From positions 32,001 through 96,000 of the forward strand of contig CBDFLJ010000002.1 in the NCBI GenBank assembly GCA_965248835.1: 64,000 nucleotides of DNA. The letters run 5' to 3'. The notes below the pieces were generated by a model. It saw nothing but the letters and a program-made list of their open reading frames with translations, was not told where the DNA came from and did no database searches. The stretch is from Alphaproteobacteria bacterium. Lineage in GTDB: Bacteria > Pseudomonadota > Alphaproteobacteria > MPNO01. Each line of letters begins with the position of its first letter. The stretch's first letter is position 1. The position numbers and the translations under genes are program-made. Shown here one piece after another: positions 1 through 10,133 of the stretch.

Positions 1-2023
1 CCACGTCGGAGAGCCGGTCGCGGTGGTGATCGCCCGGACCCGCTACGAAGCCGAAGATGCGGTCGGCCTGATCGCGCTCGACCTCACGCCGCTGCCGCCG
101 GTCGCCGACTGCCGCGACGCCCTGGAACCGGGCGCCGCGACGGCCCATGCCGATGCCGAGGACAACCTGCTCGCCGCCTACGAGGTGGCCTATGGCGACG
201 TCGAGGCGGCCTTCGAGGCGGCCGCGCACACCGTCTCGGTCTCGCTGCGCCAGCACAAGGGACTCGGGCTCGCCATCGAGTGCCGCGGGGTGCTCGCCTA
301 TCCCGACCCGGTCTCGGGCGTGCTCTCGGTCTGGCTTTCGAGCCAGGCCCCGCACGGCGCGCTGCGCGCGCTGGTGGCGCTGCTCGGACTGGACGAGAAC
401 CGGATCGCGGTGCGCGCGGCCGAGGTCGGCGGCGGGTTCGGGCCCAAGCTGGTGGTCTATCCCGAGGACATCGCGGTCGCGGCGGCGGCCCGGCTGCTTT
501 CCCGTCCGGTCAAGTGGATCGAGGACCGGCGGGAGCATTTCGTCGCCACCACCCAGGAGCGCGACCAGTATTGGGACATCGAGGCCGCGACCGACGTCGG
601 CGGCCGGCTGCTCGGGCTGCGCGGCCGGATGATCCACGACCACGGCGCCTATACCGCGCGCGGGCTCAACCTCGCCTATAACGCCGCCACCGTGGTGCCG
701 GGGCCCTACCGGCTGCCGGCCTACCGGCTGGAGGTCTCGATCGCGCTGACCAACAAGGTGCCGACGACCCCGGTGCGCGGCGCCGGCCACCCGCAGGGCA
801 CCTTTGCCATGGAACGGACTCTCGACCGCGTGGCCGAGGTGCTCGGCGTCGCGCCCGAGGAGGTCCGGCGCCGCAACATGATCGGCGCAGACGAGATGCC
901 CTATGCGCGGGCGCTGGCTGCGCGCAGCGGGGCCGGCATCGTCCTCGATTCCGGCGACTACCCGGCCTGCCAGGACGCTGCCATCGCGCTCGCCCACTAT
1001 CCGGACTTCCACCGCCGCCAGCGCGCCGCGCGGGAGGCGGGCCGGTATCTCGGGATCGGCCTTGCCAACTACGTCAAGGGCACCGGGCGCGGCCCGTTCG
1101 AGGCGGTCACGCTGCGCATCGCACCGTCGGGCCGGGTGAGCCTGTATACCGGGGCGACCGCGATCGGCCAGGGCACCCGGACGATGCTGGCGCAGATCTG
1201 CGCCGAGCGCCTGGGAGTCGCGCCGGGCGCGATCACCGTGGTCGCCGGGGACACCGCGGCGGTCCCAACCGGGATCGGCGCCTCGGCCAGCCGCCAGGCG
1301 GTCAACGCCGGCTCCTCGGCCCATCTCGCCGCGGTCGCGCTGGAGGCCAGAGTCAAGCGGCTCGCCGCCGGCGTGCTCGAGGTCGCCCCGGATGACGTCG
1401 AGCTCGCCGGCGGGCAGGCGCGGGTGCGCGGCGTCGCCGCGCTGTCGGTCGGGCTCGGCGCGCTGGCCGACATGGTCTACGGCACGCCGGGCTATTCCCT
1501 GCCCGCCGGCGCGACGCCGGGGCTGGAGGAGACCGCGGCGGCGACCTTCGACGGCTTGAGCTATGCCAACGGCTGCCATGTCTGCGAGGTCGAGGTCGAT
1601 GCCGAGACCGGCCGGATCGCGGTCCGGCGCTATATCGTGGTCCATGACTGCGGGCGGATGGTCAATCCGATGATCGTCGACGGTCAGGTCGTCGGCGGCC
1701 TCGCCCACGGGCTCGGCAACGCCCTCCTGGAACGGATGGGCTTCGATGAACAGGCTCAGCCCACGACCACGACACTGGCCGACTACATGGTGACCGGCGC
1801 TGCCGAAATGCCGCGGGTGGCGATTCGCCATTTCGAATCACCGACCGATCACAACCCGCTCGGCATCAAGGGGGTGGGCGAAAGCGGTACCGTGCCGGCG
1901 ACCGCAGCCGTTGCCGCCGCGCTCGAGGACGCCCTGCGGCCCTTTGCGGTGCGGATCTCGGAAATGCCCGTCAGCCCGGCCGATCTCGCCCGCCGGATCG
2001 CCGCCTTCCGGGGCGCCGGTTGA
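1..2023 (+). CDS. Xanthine dehydrogenase family molybdopterin-binding large subunit (CoxL/CutL-like), 5'-truncated by window edge
   Basis: VGGGFGPK, KWIEDRREH, GQGTRT, DGQVVGG and KGVGESG motifs; active-site loop PVRGAGHP, not the form I AYxCSFR. Confidence 0.92.
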   Translation, partial: HVGEPVAVVIARTRYEAEDAVGLIALDLTPLPPVADCRDALEPGAATAHADAEDNLLAAYEVAYGDVEAAFEAAAHTVSVSLRQHKGLGLAIECRGVLAYPDPVSGVLSVWLSSQAPHGALRALVALLGLDENRIAVRAAEVGGGFGPKLVVYPEDIAVAAAARLLSRPVKWIEDRREHFVATTQERDQYWDIEAATDVGGRLLGLRGRMIHDHGAYTARGLNLAYNAATVVPGPYRLPAYRLEVSIALTNKVPTTPVRGAGHPQGTFAMERTLDRVAEVLGVAPEEVRRRNMIGADEMPYARALAARSGAGIVLDSGDYPACQDAAIALAHYPDFHRRQRAAREAGRYLGIGLANYVKGTGRGPFEAVTLRIAPSGRVSLYTGATAIGQGTRTMLAQICAERLGVAPGAITVVAGDTAAVPTGIGASASRQAVNAGSSAHLAAVALEARVKRLAAGVLEVAPDDVELAGGQARVRGVAALSVGLGALADMVYGTPGYSLPAGATPGLEETAAATFDGLSYANGCHVCEVEVDAETGRIAVRRYIVVHDCGRMVNPMIVDGQVVGGLAHGLGNALLERMGFDEQAQPTTTTLADYMVTGAAEMPRVAIRHFESPTDHNPLGIKGVGESGTVPATAAVAAALEDALRPFAVRISEMPVSPADLARRIAAFRGAG

Positions 2024-2092
2024 GCCACAGAAGCCGCCGTCCTACCCACAACATGTTGCGGCCGTAATCGCTTTCGATACAATTTGCGACAT

Positions 2093-2149
2093 GAACGAAC
2101 ACGGAACAAACACTTGATTTGCCGGACAAAGTTGGTACTAATATAGAAC
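2093..2149. promoter_or_regulatory. Candidate alphaproteobacterial LexA (SOS) boxes upstream of nrdAB
   Basis: GAAC-N7-GAAC at 2093-2107 and GTAC-N7-GAAC at 2135-2149, within an AT-rich promoter-like stretch. Confidence 0.45.
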
Positions 2150-2196
2150 AAAATGTGGAGAAACCGCTTGCGTGCCGGGGCACCGGACCCCTGTCA

Positions 2197-2243
2197 ACCA
2201 CAAAATGTTGCGTTTTCATCTTGCTTCACCACAATTTGTTGTG
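2197..2243. promoter_or_regulatory. Tandem NrdR boxes
   Basis: ACCACAAAATGTTGCG (2197-2212) and ACCACAATTTGTTGTG (2228-2243), 31 bp apart, upstream of nrdA; a third copy CCCACAACATGTTGCG at 2045-2060. Confidence 0.85.
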
Positions 2244-2393
2244 CAGTCTACGCGTTCGCACTGCCTCGTCGACCGATTCGGTTTCGGCTGGTTCGGGCGC
2301 GGGGCGGCGCTCCTCGGTGACGCCAATGCGTTCGACCGGCGCAGCCTGGTAACGGCGTTCCGGCGATGGACCGAACGACTTAGGAGGGGCGGC

Positions 2394-4262
2394 TTGCTGG
2401 ATCTGATTTCTTCGAAGCACGATCTGCTTCAGTCCCCGCGCGAGGTCACGGTCGAGATCGACCGCGGCCGCGACGATCTGCTTACCGATTTCGGCAAGGC
2501 GGTGCTGGACGACCGCTACCTGCTGCCGGAGGAGCGCTATCAAGACCTGTTCGCCCGGGTCGCCTCCCACTACGGCGATGACTCGGCCCACGCCCAGCGG
2601 CTCTACGACTACATGTCGCGGCTGTGGTTCATGCCCTCGACGCCGATCCTGTCCAACGGCGGCACCCAGCGCGGCCTGCCGATCTCGTGCTTTCTCAACG
2701 AGGCCGAGGACAGTCTGGACGGCATCGTCGATCTGTGGAACGAGAACGTGTGGCTGGCCGCGCGCGGCGGCGGCATCGGCAGCTATTGGGGCAATCTGCG
2801 CTCGATCGGCGAGAAGGTCTCGGCCAACGGCAAGACCTCGGGCATCATCCCGTTCATCCGGGTGATGGATTCGCTCACGCTGGCGATCTCCCAGGGTTCG
2901 CTGCGCCGCGGCTCGGCCGCGGTCTATATCGGCATCGACCACCCCGAGATCGAGGAGTTCATCGAGATCCGCCGGCCGACCGGCGGTGACCCCAACCGCA
3001 AGGCGCTCAACCTGCACCACGGCGTGGTGATCACCGACGCCTTCATGCGCGCGGTCGAGAACAACGAAGATTGGGCGCTGATCAGCCCCAAGGACAGGAC
3101 CGTCGTCCGCCGCATCCAGGCGCGCGCGCTGTGGATCCGTCTCCTGACCGGCCGGGTCGAGACCGGCGAGCCCTATTTCATCTATATCGACCACGTCAAC
3201 CGTGCGGTGCCCGAGCACCAAAAGCTGGCCGGGCTGCAGGTCAGGATGTCCAACCTGTGCAGCGAGATCACCCTGCCGACCGGGCTCGACCACCACGACC
3301 GGGAGCGGACCGCGGTGTGCTGCCTGTCCTCGCTCAACCTGGAGACCTATCTGGAGTGGCGCGAGGATCCCCGCTTCATCGAGGACGTGATGCGCTTCCT
3401 CGACAATGTGCTGGAGGACTTCATCGGCAAGGCGCCCGATTCGATGGCGCGCGCGCGCTACGCCGCTTCCCGCGAGCGTTCGGTCGGGCTCGGCGTGATG
3501 GGCTTCCATTCCTTCCTGCAGAGCCAGCGCGTGCCGCTGGAGTCCGCGCCGGCCAAGGCATGGAACCGCACCATGTTTCGTCATATCCGGGCCCACGCCG
3601 ATGCCGCCTCCAGCCTGCTGGCGGCCGAACGCGGGCCGTGCCCGGACGCGGCCGATTACGGCTTCCAGGAGCGCTTCTCCAACAAGATGGCGATCGCGCC
3701 CACCGCCTCGATCTCGATCATCTGCGGCGGCTCTTCACCCGGGATCGAGCCCAACGCGGCCAACGCCTTCACCCACAAGACGCTGTCGGGCTCCTTCAGC
3801 GTGCGCAACAAATACCTGAAGGCGCTCCTGGCCTCGAAGGGCCAGGACACCGACGAGGTCTGGACCTCGATCACCGTCCACGAGGGCTCGGTCGGTCATC
3901 TCGATTTCCTGAGCGCCGATGAGAAGGCGATCTTCAAGACCGCCTTCGAGATCGACCAGCGCTGGCTGATCGACCTGGCGGCCGATCGCGCGCCCTATGT
4001 CTGCCAGTCCCAGTCGCTCAACATCTTCCTGCCGGCCGATGTCCACAAGAAAATGCTGCACGACATCCACTTCCAAGCTTGGAAGAAGGGCGTGAAATCG
4101 CTCTACTACCTGCGCTCGCGCTCGCTCCAGCGGGCCGACGTGATCTCGACCAAGGTCGACGTTGCCGACAACGGCATCGCCGCACCGGAAGTCGCGGCAC
4201 CGATCCCGCTGATGGCCGCGGAGCCCGGCGCCGACTACGAAGAATGCCTCGCCTGCCAGTAG
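2394..4262 (+). CDS. nrdA: Class Ia ribonucleoside-diphosphate reductase alpha subunit (no N-terminal ATP cone)
   Basis: PISCFL, SNLCSEI, IAPTASIS, SLYYLRS and C-terminal CLACQ; TTG start chosen after AGGAGG RBS. Confidence 0.95.
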   Translation: MLDLISSKHDLLQSPREVTVEIDRGRDDLLTDFGKAVLDDRYLLPEERYQDLFARVASHYGDDSAHAQRLYDYMSRLWFMPSTPILSNGGTQRGLPISCFLNEAEDSLDGIVDLWNENVWLAARGGGIGSYWGNLRSIGEKVSANGKTSGIIPFIRVMDSLTLAISQGSLRRGSAAVYIGIDHPEIEEFIEIRRPTGGDPNRKALNLHHGVVITDAFMRAVENNEDWALISPKDRTVVRRIQARALWIRLLTGRVETGEPYFIYIDHVNRAVPEHQKLAGLQVRMSNLCSEITLPTGLDHHDRERTAVCCLSSLNLETYLEWREDPRFIEDVMRFLDNVLEDFIGKAPDSMARARYAASRERSVGLGVMGFHSFLQSQRVPLESAPAKAWNRTMFRHIRAHADAASSLLAAERGPCPDAADYGFQERFSNKMAIAPTASISIICGGSSPGIEPNAANAFTHKTLSGSFSVRNKYLKALLASKGQDTDEVWTSITVHEGSVGHLDFLSADEKAIFKTAFEIDQRWLIDLAADRAPYVCQSQSLNIFLPADVHKKMLHDIHFQAWKKGVKSLYYLRSRSLQRADVISTKVDVADNGIAAPEVAAPIPLMAAEPGADYEECLACQ

Positions 4263-4326
4263 GGCAATTGCGGGCACCGCCTGTCGGACCCAGCCGGTCC
4301 GCAGGAAATTCAATGGGATGGGGTTG

Positions 4327-5289
4327 ATGTCGCTGCTGGAAACGAACGGGGTCTACAAGCCGTTCCGCTATCCCTGGGCCTACGATGCCTGGCTGATCCA
4401 GCAGCGCATCCACTGGCTGCCCGAAGAGGTGCCGCTGGCCGATGACGTCAAGGACTGGCACAACAACCTGAGCCCGGAAGAGCGCCATACGCTGACCCAG
4501 ATCTTCCGCTTCTTCACCCAGTCCGACATCGAGGTCAACAACTGCTACATGCGCCACTACGCGCGCGTCTTCGAGCCGACCGAGGTGCAGATGATGCTGG
4601 CCGCGTTCTCCAACATGGAGACCGTTCATATCGCGGCGTACTCGCATCTGCTCGATACCATCGGCATGCCCGAGACCGAGTACCAAGCCTTCTTCCGCTA
4701 TAAGGAGATGAAGGACAAGTACGATTTCATGCAGCAGTTCGGCACCGAGACCAAGCCCGACATCGCCATGACGCTGGCGGTCTTCGGCGCCTTTACCGAG
4801 GGGCTGCAGCTCTTCGCCTCGTTCGCGATCCTGCTCAACTTCCCCCGGGTCAACAAGATGAAGGGGATGGGGCAGATCGTCACCTGGTCGGTGCGCGACG
4901 AATCGCTGCACACCGATTCGATCATCCGGCTGTTTCGCACCTTCGTTTCGGAGAACCCTGAGATCTGGACCGATGACTTCCGGCGCGACCTCTACAAGAC
5001 CTGCAACACCGTGGTCGAGCACGAGGATGCCTTCATCAACCTCGCCTTCGAACTCGGCGGCGTCGAGGGGCTGGAGGGCAAGGAAGTCAAGGAGTACATC
5101 CGCTATATCGCCGACCGCCGGCTCTCGCAGCTCGGCCTGCAGCCGATTTTCAGGATCGAGCGCAACCCGCTGCCCTGGATGGACGAGATCCTGAACGGCA
5201 TGGAGCACACCAACTTCTTCGAAAACCGTGCGACCGAATATTCCAAGGCTGCCACTCAGGGGACCTGGGACGAGGTCTGGGACGACTGA
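4327..5289 (+). CDS. nrdB: Ribonucleotide reductase beta subunit
   Basis: FFTQSD, ETVHIAAY, EGLQLF, DESLH and NFFENRATEY motifs; directly follows nrdA. Confidence 0.95.
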   Translation: MSLLETNGVYKPFRYPWAYDAWLIQQRIHWLPEEVPLADDVKDWHNNLSPEERHTLTQIFRFFTQSDIEVNNCYMRHYARVFEPTEVQMMLAAFSNMETVHIAAYSHLLDTIGMPETEYQAFFRYKEMKDKYDFMQQFGTETKPDIAMTLAVFGAFTEGLQLFASFAILLNFPRVNKMKGMGQIVTWSVRDESLHTDSIIRLFRTFVSENPEIWTDDFRRDLYKTCNTVVEHEDAFINLAFELGGVEGLEGKEVKEYIRYIADRRLSQLGLQPIFRIERNPLPWMDEILNGMEHTNFFENRATEYSKAATQGTWDEVWDD

Positions 5290-5292
5290 GCG

Positions 5293-6231
5293 ATGACCCC
5301 TGCCAGCGCGCAGGTGCCGGGGCGTGGACAGATCTTCCTCGACCATGTCGGTTGGTTCGTCGACGACCTCGAGGCCGCTGGGCAGGTTTTCGAGCGGCTC
5401 GGCTTCGTCCTGACGCCGATCACCGTCCATGAGAACCAGGAGGGGGACGGCAGCCGGGTCCGGGCCGGGACCGCCAACCGCTGCGCGATGATCGAGCGCG
5501 GCTATATCGAGATCCTGGCCGCCGTCGAAGGCATCGACAATGCGATCACCGGCGAGCTGCGCGGCGCGCTTGCCCGCCATGCCGGCATCCACCTGATCGC
5601 GTTCAGCTGTGCGGATACCGCCCGCGAGACGGCCCGCCTGGAGCGGGAAGGCTTCGCGCCGCTGCCCGCGACCGCCCTGCGCAGGCCGGTGCAGACCGAC
5701 GCCGGCACGACCGAGGAGGCCGCTTTCTCGGCTATCCGCCTGCCGCCCGGCACGCTCCCGGAAGGCCGCATCCAGATGCTGCGCCAGGACACGCCGGAGA
5801 CCGTATGGCAGCCCTCGCTGATCGCCCGCGACAACGCGGTCGTCTCGCTTGCCGGGGTGGTGACGTGCAGCGACGATCCCGCCGCCGCCGCCGCGCGGTT
5901 TTCGCGGTTCACCGGCAAGCCGGCCGAGGCCCGCACAATCTTTCTCGACCGCGGCCGGATGGACTTTTGCGACCCCGGCCATCTGGCGTGCCTGCTGCCC
6001 GGTGCGCAGCCGGCCACGCTGCCCTGCAACGCCGCCGTCGTCCTGGAGAGTGCCGATCTCGCGCGCAGCCGCGCCTGTTTCGCCGCCGCCGGCTTGCCGG
6101 TCTCCGAGGTCGCCGAAGGCATCATCGCCGTCCCGCCCGAGGCCGCCGCGGGTGCGTGGATGGTGGTCCGCGCCGCCGACAAAGCGTGGCCGGCCCCGGC
6201 CGGACCCCGAACCGGCGCGCCTCAGGCGTAA
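5293..6231 (+). CDS. VOC/glyoxalase-like family protein
   Basis: LDHVGWFVDDL...FERLGF...GTANR...YIEIL pattern. Confidence 0.75.
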   Translation: MTPASAQVPGRGQIFLDHVGWFVDDLEAAGQVFERLGFVLTPITVHENQEGDGSRVRAGTANRCAMIERGYIEILAAVEGIDNAITGELRGALARHAGIHLIAFSCADTARETARLEREGFAPLPATALRRPVQTDAGTTEEAAFSAIRLPPGTLPEGRIQMLRQDTPETVWQPSLIARDNAVVSLAGVVTCSDDPAAAAARFSRFTGKPAEARTIFLDRGRMDFCDPGHLACLLPGAQPATLPCNAAVVLESADLARSRACFAAAGLPVSEVAEGIIAVPPEAAAGAWMVVRAADKAWPAPAGPRTGAPQA

Positions 6232-6680
6232 TCGAGCGGCAGGGCGGTGGTGTACTTGATCTCCTCCATCGCGAAGCTCGAGCTGACATCGCTCAGGGAG
6301 ACCCTGCTGATCAGGCGCTTGTAGACCGCGTCGTACGCTGCGATGTCCGGCACCACGACCCGCAGCAGGTAATCGACGTCGCCGCTCATGCGGTAGAACT
6401 CGACCACCTCCGGGATCTCGACGACCGCCCGGGAGAACGCCTCAAGCCATTCTGCGCTGTGCTCGTTGGTGCGAACGGCGACAAACACCGTCACGCCCGC
6501 GTTCAACTTCTGGCCGTCAAGCAGCGCCACCCGGGCCCGGATGACGCCCGCCTCCTCCATCTTCTGGATGCGCCGCCAGCACGGCGTGGTCGACAGCCCG
6601 ACGCGTTCGGCGATCTCGGCGACCGGGGTCGTGGCGTCCTTCTGCAAAAAAGAAAGAATTTTCTTATCTATGTTATCCAC
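6222..6680 (-). CDS. Lrp/AsnC family regulator, DecR/CyuR-like
   Basis: IAERVGLSTTPCWRRIQKMEEAGVI HTH; EFYRMSGDVDY; SSSFAMEEIKYTTALP. Confidence 0.9.
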   Translation of the reverse strand: MDNIDKKILSFLQKDATTPVAEIAERVGLSTTPCWRRIQKMEEAGVIRARVALLDGQKLNAGVTVFVAVRTNEHSAEWLEAFSRAVVEIPEVVEFYRMSGDVDYLLRVVVPDIAAYDAVYKRLISRVSLSDVSSSFAMEEIKYTTALPLDYA

Positions 6681-6786
6681 TAGTGTATTTTCCTTTATTT
6701 GTGTGATATAGTAGATTTTGTTTGCTCATATGTGGGATTTCACGAGAAATTAGAAAATTTTTCCAAGCACGAGTATAGGCCGATCC

Positions 6787-7398
6787 ATGCCTGATGCCAC
6801 CGACGATGTTGCGCTGCTCGACGGCCGCGCCCTTTGCGATCCGGGACCGAGCGGGCGTGAGCGCCGGTTCGCCGAGATCGGCGCGGCGGTCGCACGCCTG
6901 GCGCCAGACCGGCGCGCCGCCAAGGCGGCCGAACGCCTGTCTCCGCTGCTCGCCGCTCCGGGTCTCCTGCGGGCCGCGGAATGCGCCTGTCCGGAGACCG
7001 GCTACGGCCGCCGCAATATCTATTTCTGCCCGCACGAGACGCTCAGCGTCGTTGTGGCGGTCTGGCCGGCGGGCATCGTCTCGCCGATCCACGACCATCT
7101 GACATGGTGTGCTTACGGCGTCATTCGTGGCACGGTCGAGGACATCCGCTATCAACCGGTGGCCGGTTCCGGTCCGGACGCGGCGCGCGCCACCGAACGG
7201 GTGTGCCACCGAGCCGGTGCCGCTACCTATCTGCCCGGTGCGCAGGGCGGCATCCACCGCATCCGAAACCCCGGCGCCGAGACCGCGGTGACGCTTCACA
7301 TCTATGGCGGAGATGCCCGGAAAACCGGGCCGAACGTCAAGACGGTCTATTCGCCTGCGGGCCGATCGGCCGGCGGCAGGGCCGAGCCCGAGGGTTGA
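6787..7398 (+). CDS. Cysteine/thiol dioxygenase family cupin
   Basis: SPIHDH...GIHRI 3-His site and TLHIY motif; divergent from a DecR-like regulator. Confidence 0.8.
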   Translation: MPDATDDVALLDGRALCDPGPSGRERRFAEIGAAVARLAPDRRAAKAAERLSPLLAAPGLLRAAECACPETGYGRRNIYFCPHETLSVVVAVWPAGIVSPIHDHLTWCAYGVIRGTVEDIRYQPVAGSGPDAARATERVCHRAGAATYLPGAQGGIHRIRNPGAETAVTLHIYGGDARKTGPNVKTVYSPAGRSAGGRAEPEG

Positions 7399-7481
7399 CG
7401 GCACCGCCGCGTTCCGCAGAGTCTTGACCAAACCGCGGGGCCGTGATTCGGGTCCCAGTCTCGGAAATCGGAGGGTACGCC

Positions 7482-8495
7482 ATGCGGGCAGTGTGCTTGC
7501 GCGCACACGGTGGGATCGATGCGCTGACATTGGAGCAGGACTTTCCCGATCCGATAGTCGGCGAGGGCCAGGTCGTGATCCGGGTCCGTGCGACCTCGCT
7601 CAACTATCACGACGTCTTCACCTGCGACGGTATGCCCGGCATCAAGGTGCCGATGCCGATGATCATCGGGCTCGACATCGCCGGCGACATCGTCGAACTC
7701 GGCGCGGGCGTCGCGGGCTGGAAGATCGGCGATGCGGTGCTGATCAATCCGCTCGACCCTATCGCCCCGGAGAAAGGGCTGATGGGCGAGATGGTACTGG
7801 GCGGGACGGCCGAATACTGCCTGGTCGATGCCACCCGGCTGATCGCGATCCCCGAAGGCGTGAGCCACGCCCAGGCCGCCTCGCTTCCCGTTGCCTACGG
7901 GACGGCGCACCGGATGCTGTTCACCCATGGCGGGCTGAAGGAGGGCGAGCGGGTGCTGGTGCTCGGGGCCAGCGGCGGCGTCGGCTCGTGCTGCGTCCTG
8001 CTCGCCAAGCTCGCCGGCGCCGAGGTCGTGGCCTGCGGCAGCACGCCGGAGAAGCTCGAGGCGCTCAAATCCTGGGGCGCGGACCATGTGGTCAACTACG
8101 CCGAGGCGGATTTCGTCAAGGAGATCTGGGGCCTCTATGAAAAGCCGCACCGGCGCCGCTACACCGGCGGGGTCGACATGGTGGTCAACTTCACCGGCGG
8201 GGATACCTGGGTGCCGAGCCTGCGGGCGCTCAAGCGCGGCGGCCGGCTGATGACCTGCGGCGCGACCGCGGGCTACGGCCCCAACACCGATCTGCGCTAT
8301 ATCTGGACCTTCGAACTCAAGATCCTGGGCTCGAACAGCTGGGCGCCCGACGACCTGACTCGGCTCCTGGCGCTGATCCAGGAGGGCCGGCTCAGCCCGG
8401 TGATCGACATCGTGCTGCCGCTGGAGGAGACCCGCGAGGGCGTGCGCCGGCTGCGTGACCGCGAGGTGATCGGGAAGATCATCATCGAGCCATGA
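7482..8495 (+). CDS. MDR superfamily (quinone oxidoreductase-like) dehydrogenase
   Basis: SLNYHD, GLDIAG, LGASGGVG, CGATAG and GKII motifs. Confidence 0.88.
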   Translation: MRAVCLRAHGGIDALTLEQDFPDPIVGEGQVVIRVRATSLNYHDVFTCDGMPGIKVPMPMIIGLDIAGDIVELGAGVAGWKIGDAVLINPLDPIAPEKGLMGEMVLGGTAEYCLVDATRLIAIPEGVSHAQAASLPVAYGTAHRMLFTHGGLKEGERVLVLGASGGVGSCCVLLAKLAGAEVVACGSTPEKLEALKSWGADHVVNYAEADFVKEIWGLYEKPHRRRYTGGVDMVVNFTGGDTWVPSLRALKRGGRLMTCGATAGYGPNTDLRYIWTFELKILGSNSWAPDDLTRLLALIQEGRLSPVIDIVLPLEETREGVRRLRDREVIGKIIIEP

Positions 8496-10021
8496 CGCCT
8501 TCCGGCAATCTGGGCGATATCTTCGCGGCCCACGCCGACAGCGAGCGCACGGCGATTGTCGACCTGTTTCGGCCGGAAGCCCCGCAGACCTTGAGCTACC
8601 GCGCGTTCGATCGGGCGTGCGGGGCAATGGCCGCGAGCCTGCGCGGACGCGGCCTCGCACCGGGCGACCGGGTGGCGATCTGCGCGGTCAACCGGCACGA
8701 ATACCTGGTAGCGCTGTTCGGGGCGATGCGCGCGGGCTGCGTGCCGGTGATGGTCAACATCAAACTGCCGGCCGATTCGGTCCGCTTCATTCTGGCCGAT
8801 TCCGGCTCCCGGCTGGTCTTCACCGACGGCGCGCTGGCCGCCGAACCGGAGAAAGCGGGGCTGGGCGCCGCACCGGTGGTCTCGCTGGACGATGCGGGCC
8901 CGCACGGCTACCGCGCGATGATCGCCGCGCCCCCGATGGCGTCCCATTGGCCCGCGCTCGGCGATATCGCCGAGCAGCCCTATACCTCCGGCTCGACGGG
9001 CCGGCCCAAGGGCGTGCTGCTCGATCACGCCGGCCAATGCTGGATGATCGACCAGCTCGTCGCCTCGCGCGAGATCAGGGACGATGACGCGAGCGTGGTC
9101 TCCGCCCCGCTCTACCACAAGAACGCCCTGCTCGCGGTCAAGTCCGCGCTCGCCGCCGGCGGGCGGATCGTGCTGTTTGCCCGCTTCGATGCCAGGCAGT
9201 ACATCCGCGCGATCGAAGAACAGGCGCTGTCCATGCTGACCGGCGTGCCGACGATGTACGCGCTGATCCTCCAGGAAGAAGACCTGCTGGCCCGCACCGA
9301 CCTGTCCTCGGTCCGCACCTGCTCGATGGGCTCGGCTCCGGCCTCGGATAATCTGCTCGACAGCCTGGCCGCTTTGTTCCCGAATGCCGCACTCAACCTC
9401 AACTACGGCATCACCGAGGGCGGGCCGATCATGTTCTCCTGGAGGCATCCCGAAGGACGGCCGCGCCCGCGGATGACCGTCGGCTACCCGCTGGAGGGCG
9501 CCGAGATAAGGCTGGTCGACGGCCCCGGCCCCGATCAGGGCACCTTGCATGTCAAGAGCCCCGGCGTGATGGCCGGCTATCACAACCTTCCCGAGGAGAC
9601 CGCGAAGTGCCTGCACGGCGGCTGGCTCGATACCGGCGACGTGCTGCGGCGGGATGCCGAAGGCTGGTACTACTTCGTCGGCCGCGTCGATGACATGTTC
9701 GTCACCGCGGGCGAGAACATCTATCCCGGCGTGGTCGAGGCCATGCTCGAGCGGCACCCGGACGTCCTCCAGGCCGTCGTTGTGCCGGCGCCCAATGCGC
9801 TCAAGGCCCACGTCCCGGTCGCCTTCGTGGTCCCGCGCAGCGCCGGGGCAATCGATGCCGAGACCGTCAAGCAGCACGCGCTGGCCAATGGTCCTGCCTA
9901 TGCCCACCCGCGGCAGGTCTTTTTCGTCGACGAATTGCCGCTGTCGGGCACCAACAAGATCGACCGGCGCCGGCTTGCCGCCCGCGCGGCGCAGGCGGCG
10001 CGTGAGCAAGGCAGCCTGTGA
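8492..10021 (+). CDS. Class I adenylate-forming enzyme (acyl-CoA ligase-like)
   Basis: YTSGSTGRPKG, YGITE, TGD, GENIYP and GTNKID; ATGA overlap with upstream gene. Confidence 0.92.
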   Translation: MTPSGNLGDIFAAHADSERTAIVDLFRPEAPQTLSYRAFDRACGAMAASLRGRGLAPGDRVAICAVNRHEYLVALFGAMRAGCVPVMVNIKLPADSVRFILADSGSRLVFTDGALAAEPEKAGLGAAPVVSLDDAGPHGYRAMIAAPPMASHWPALGDIAEQPYTSGSTGRPKGVLLDHAGQCWMIDQLVASREIRDDDASVVSAPLYHKNALLAVKSALAAGGRIVLFARFDARQYIRAIEEQALSMLTGVPTMYALILQEEDLLARTDLSSVRTCSMGSAPASDNLLDSLAALFPNAALNLNYGITEGGPIMFSWRHPEGRPRPRMTVGYPLEGAEIRLVDGPGPDQGTLHVKSPGVMAGYHNLPEETAKCLHGGWLDTGDVLRRDAEGWYYFVGRVDDMFVTAGENIYPGVVEAMLERHPDVLQAVVVPAPNALKAHVPVAFVVPRSAGAIDAETVKQHALANGPAYAHPRQVFFVDELPLSGTNKIDRRRLAARAAQAAREQGSL

Positions 10022-10133
10022 CGGCGAACGCCCGGTTCCCCGGCAGTTGCGCCGGCGGCGGTCCGGTTCCTGATGAGCGCGTGTTCCCCGAGGGCCGCCC
10101 GCGCGAGACCGCAACATGGCCGCGCCGGCAGAC

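Noticed and set aside
2172-2393. N-terminal extension of NrdA in the ORF track
   Set aside because: It overlaps the NrdR boxes; the AGGAGG RBS supports the TTG start at 2394
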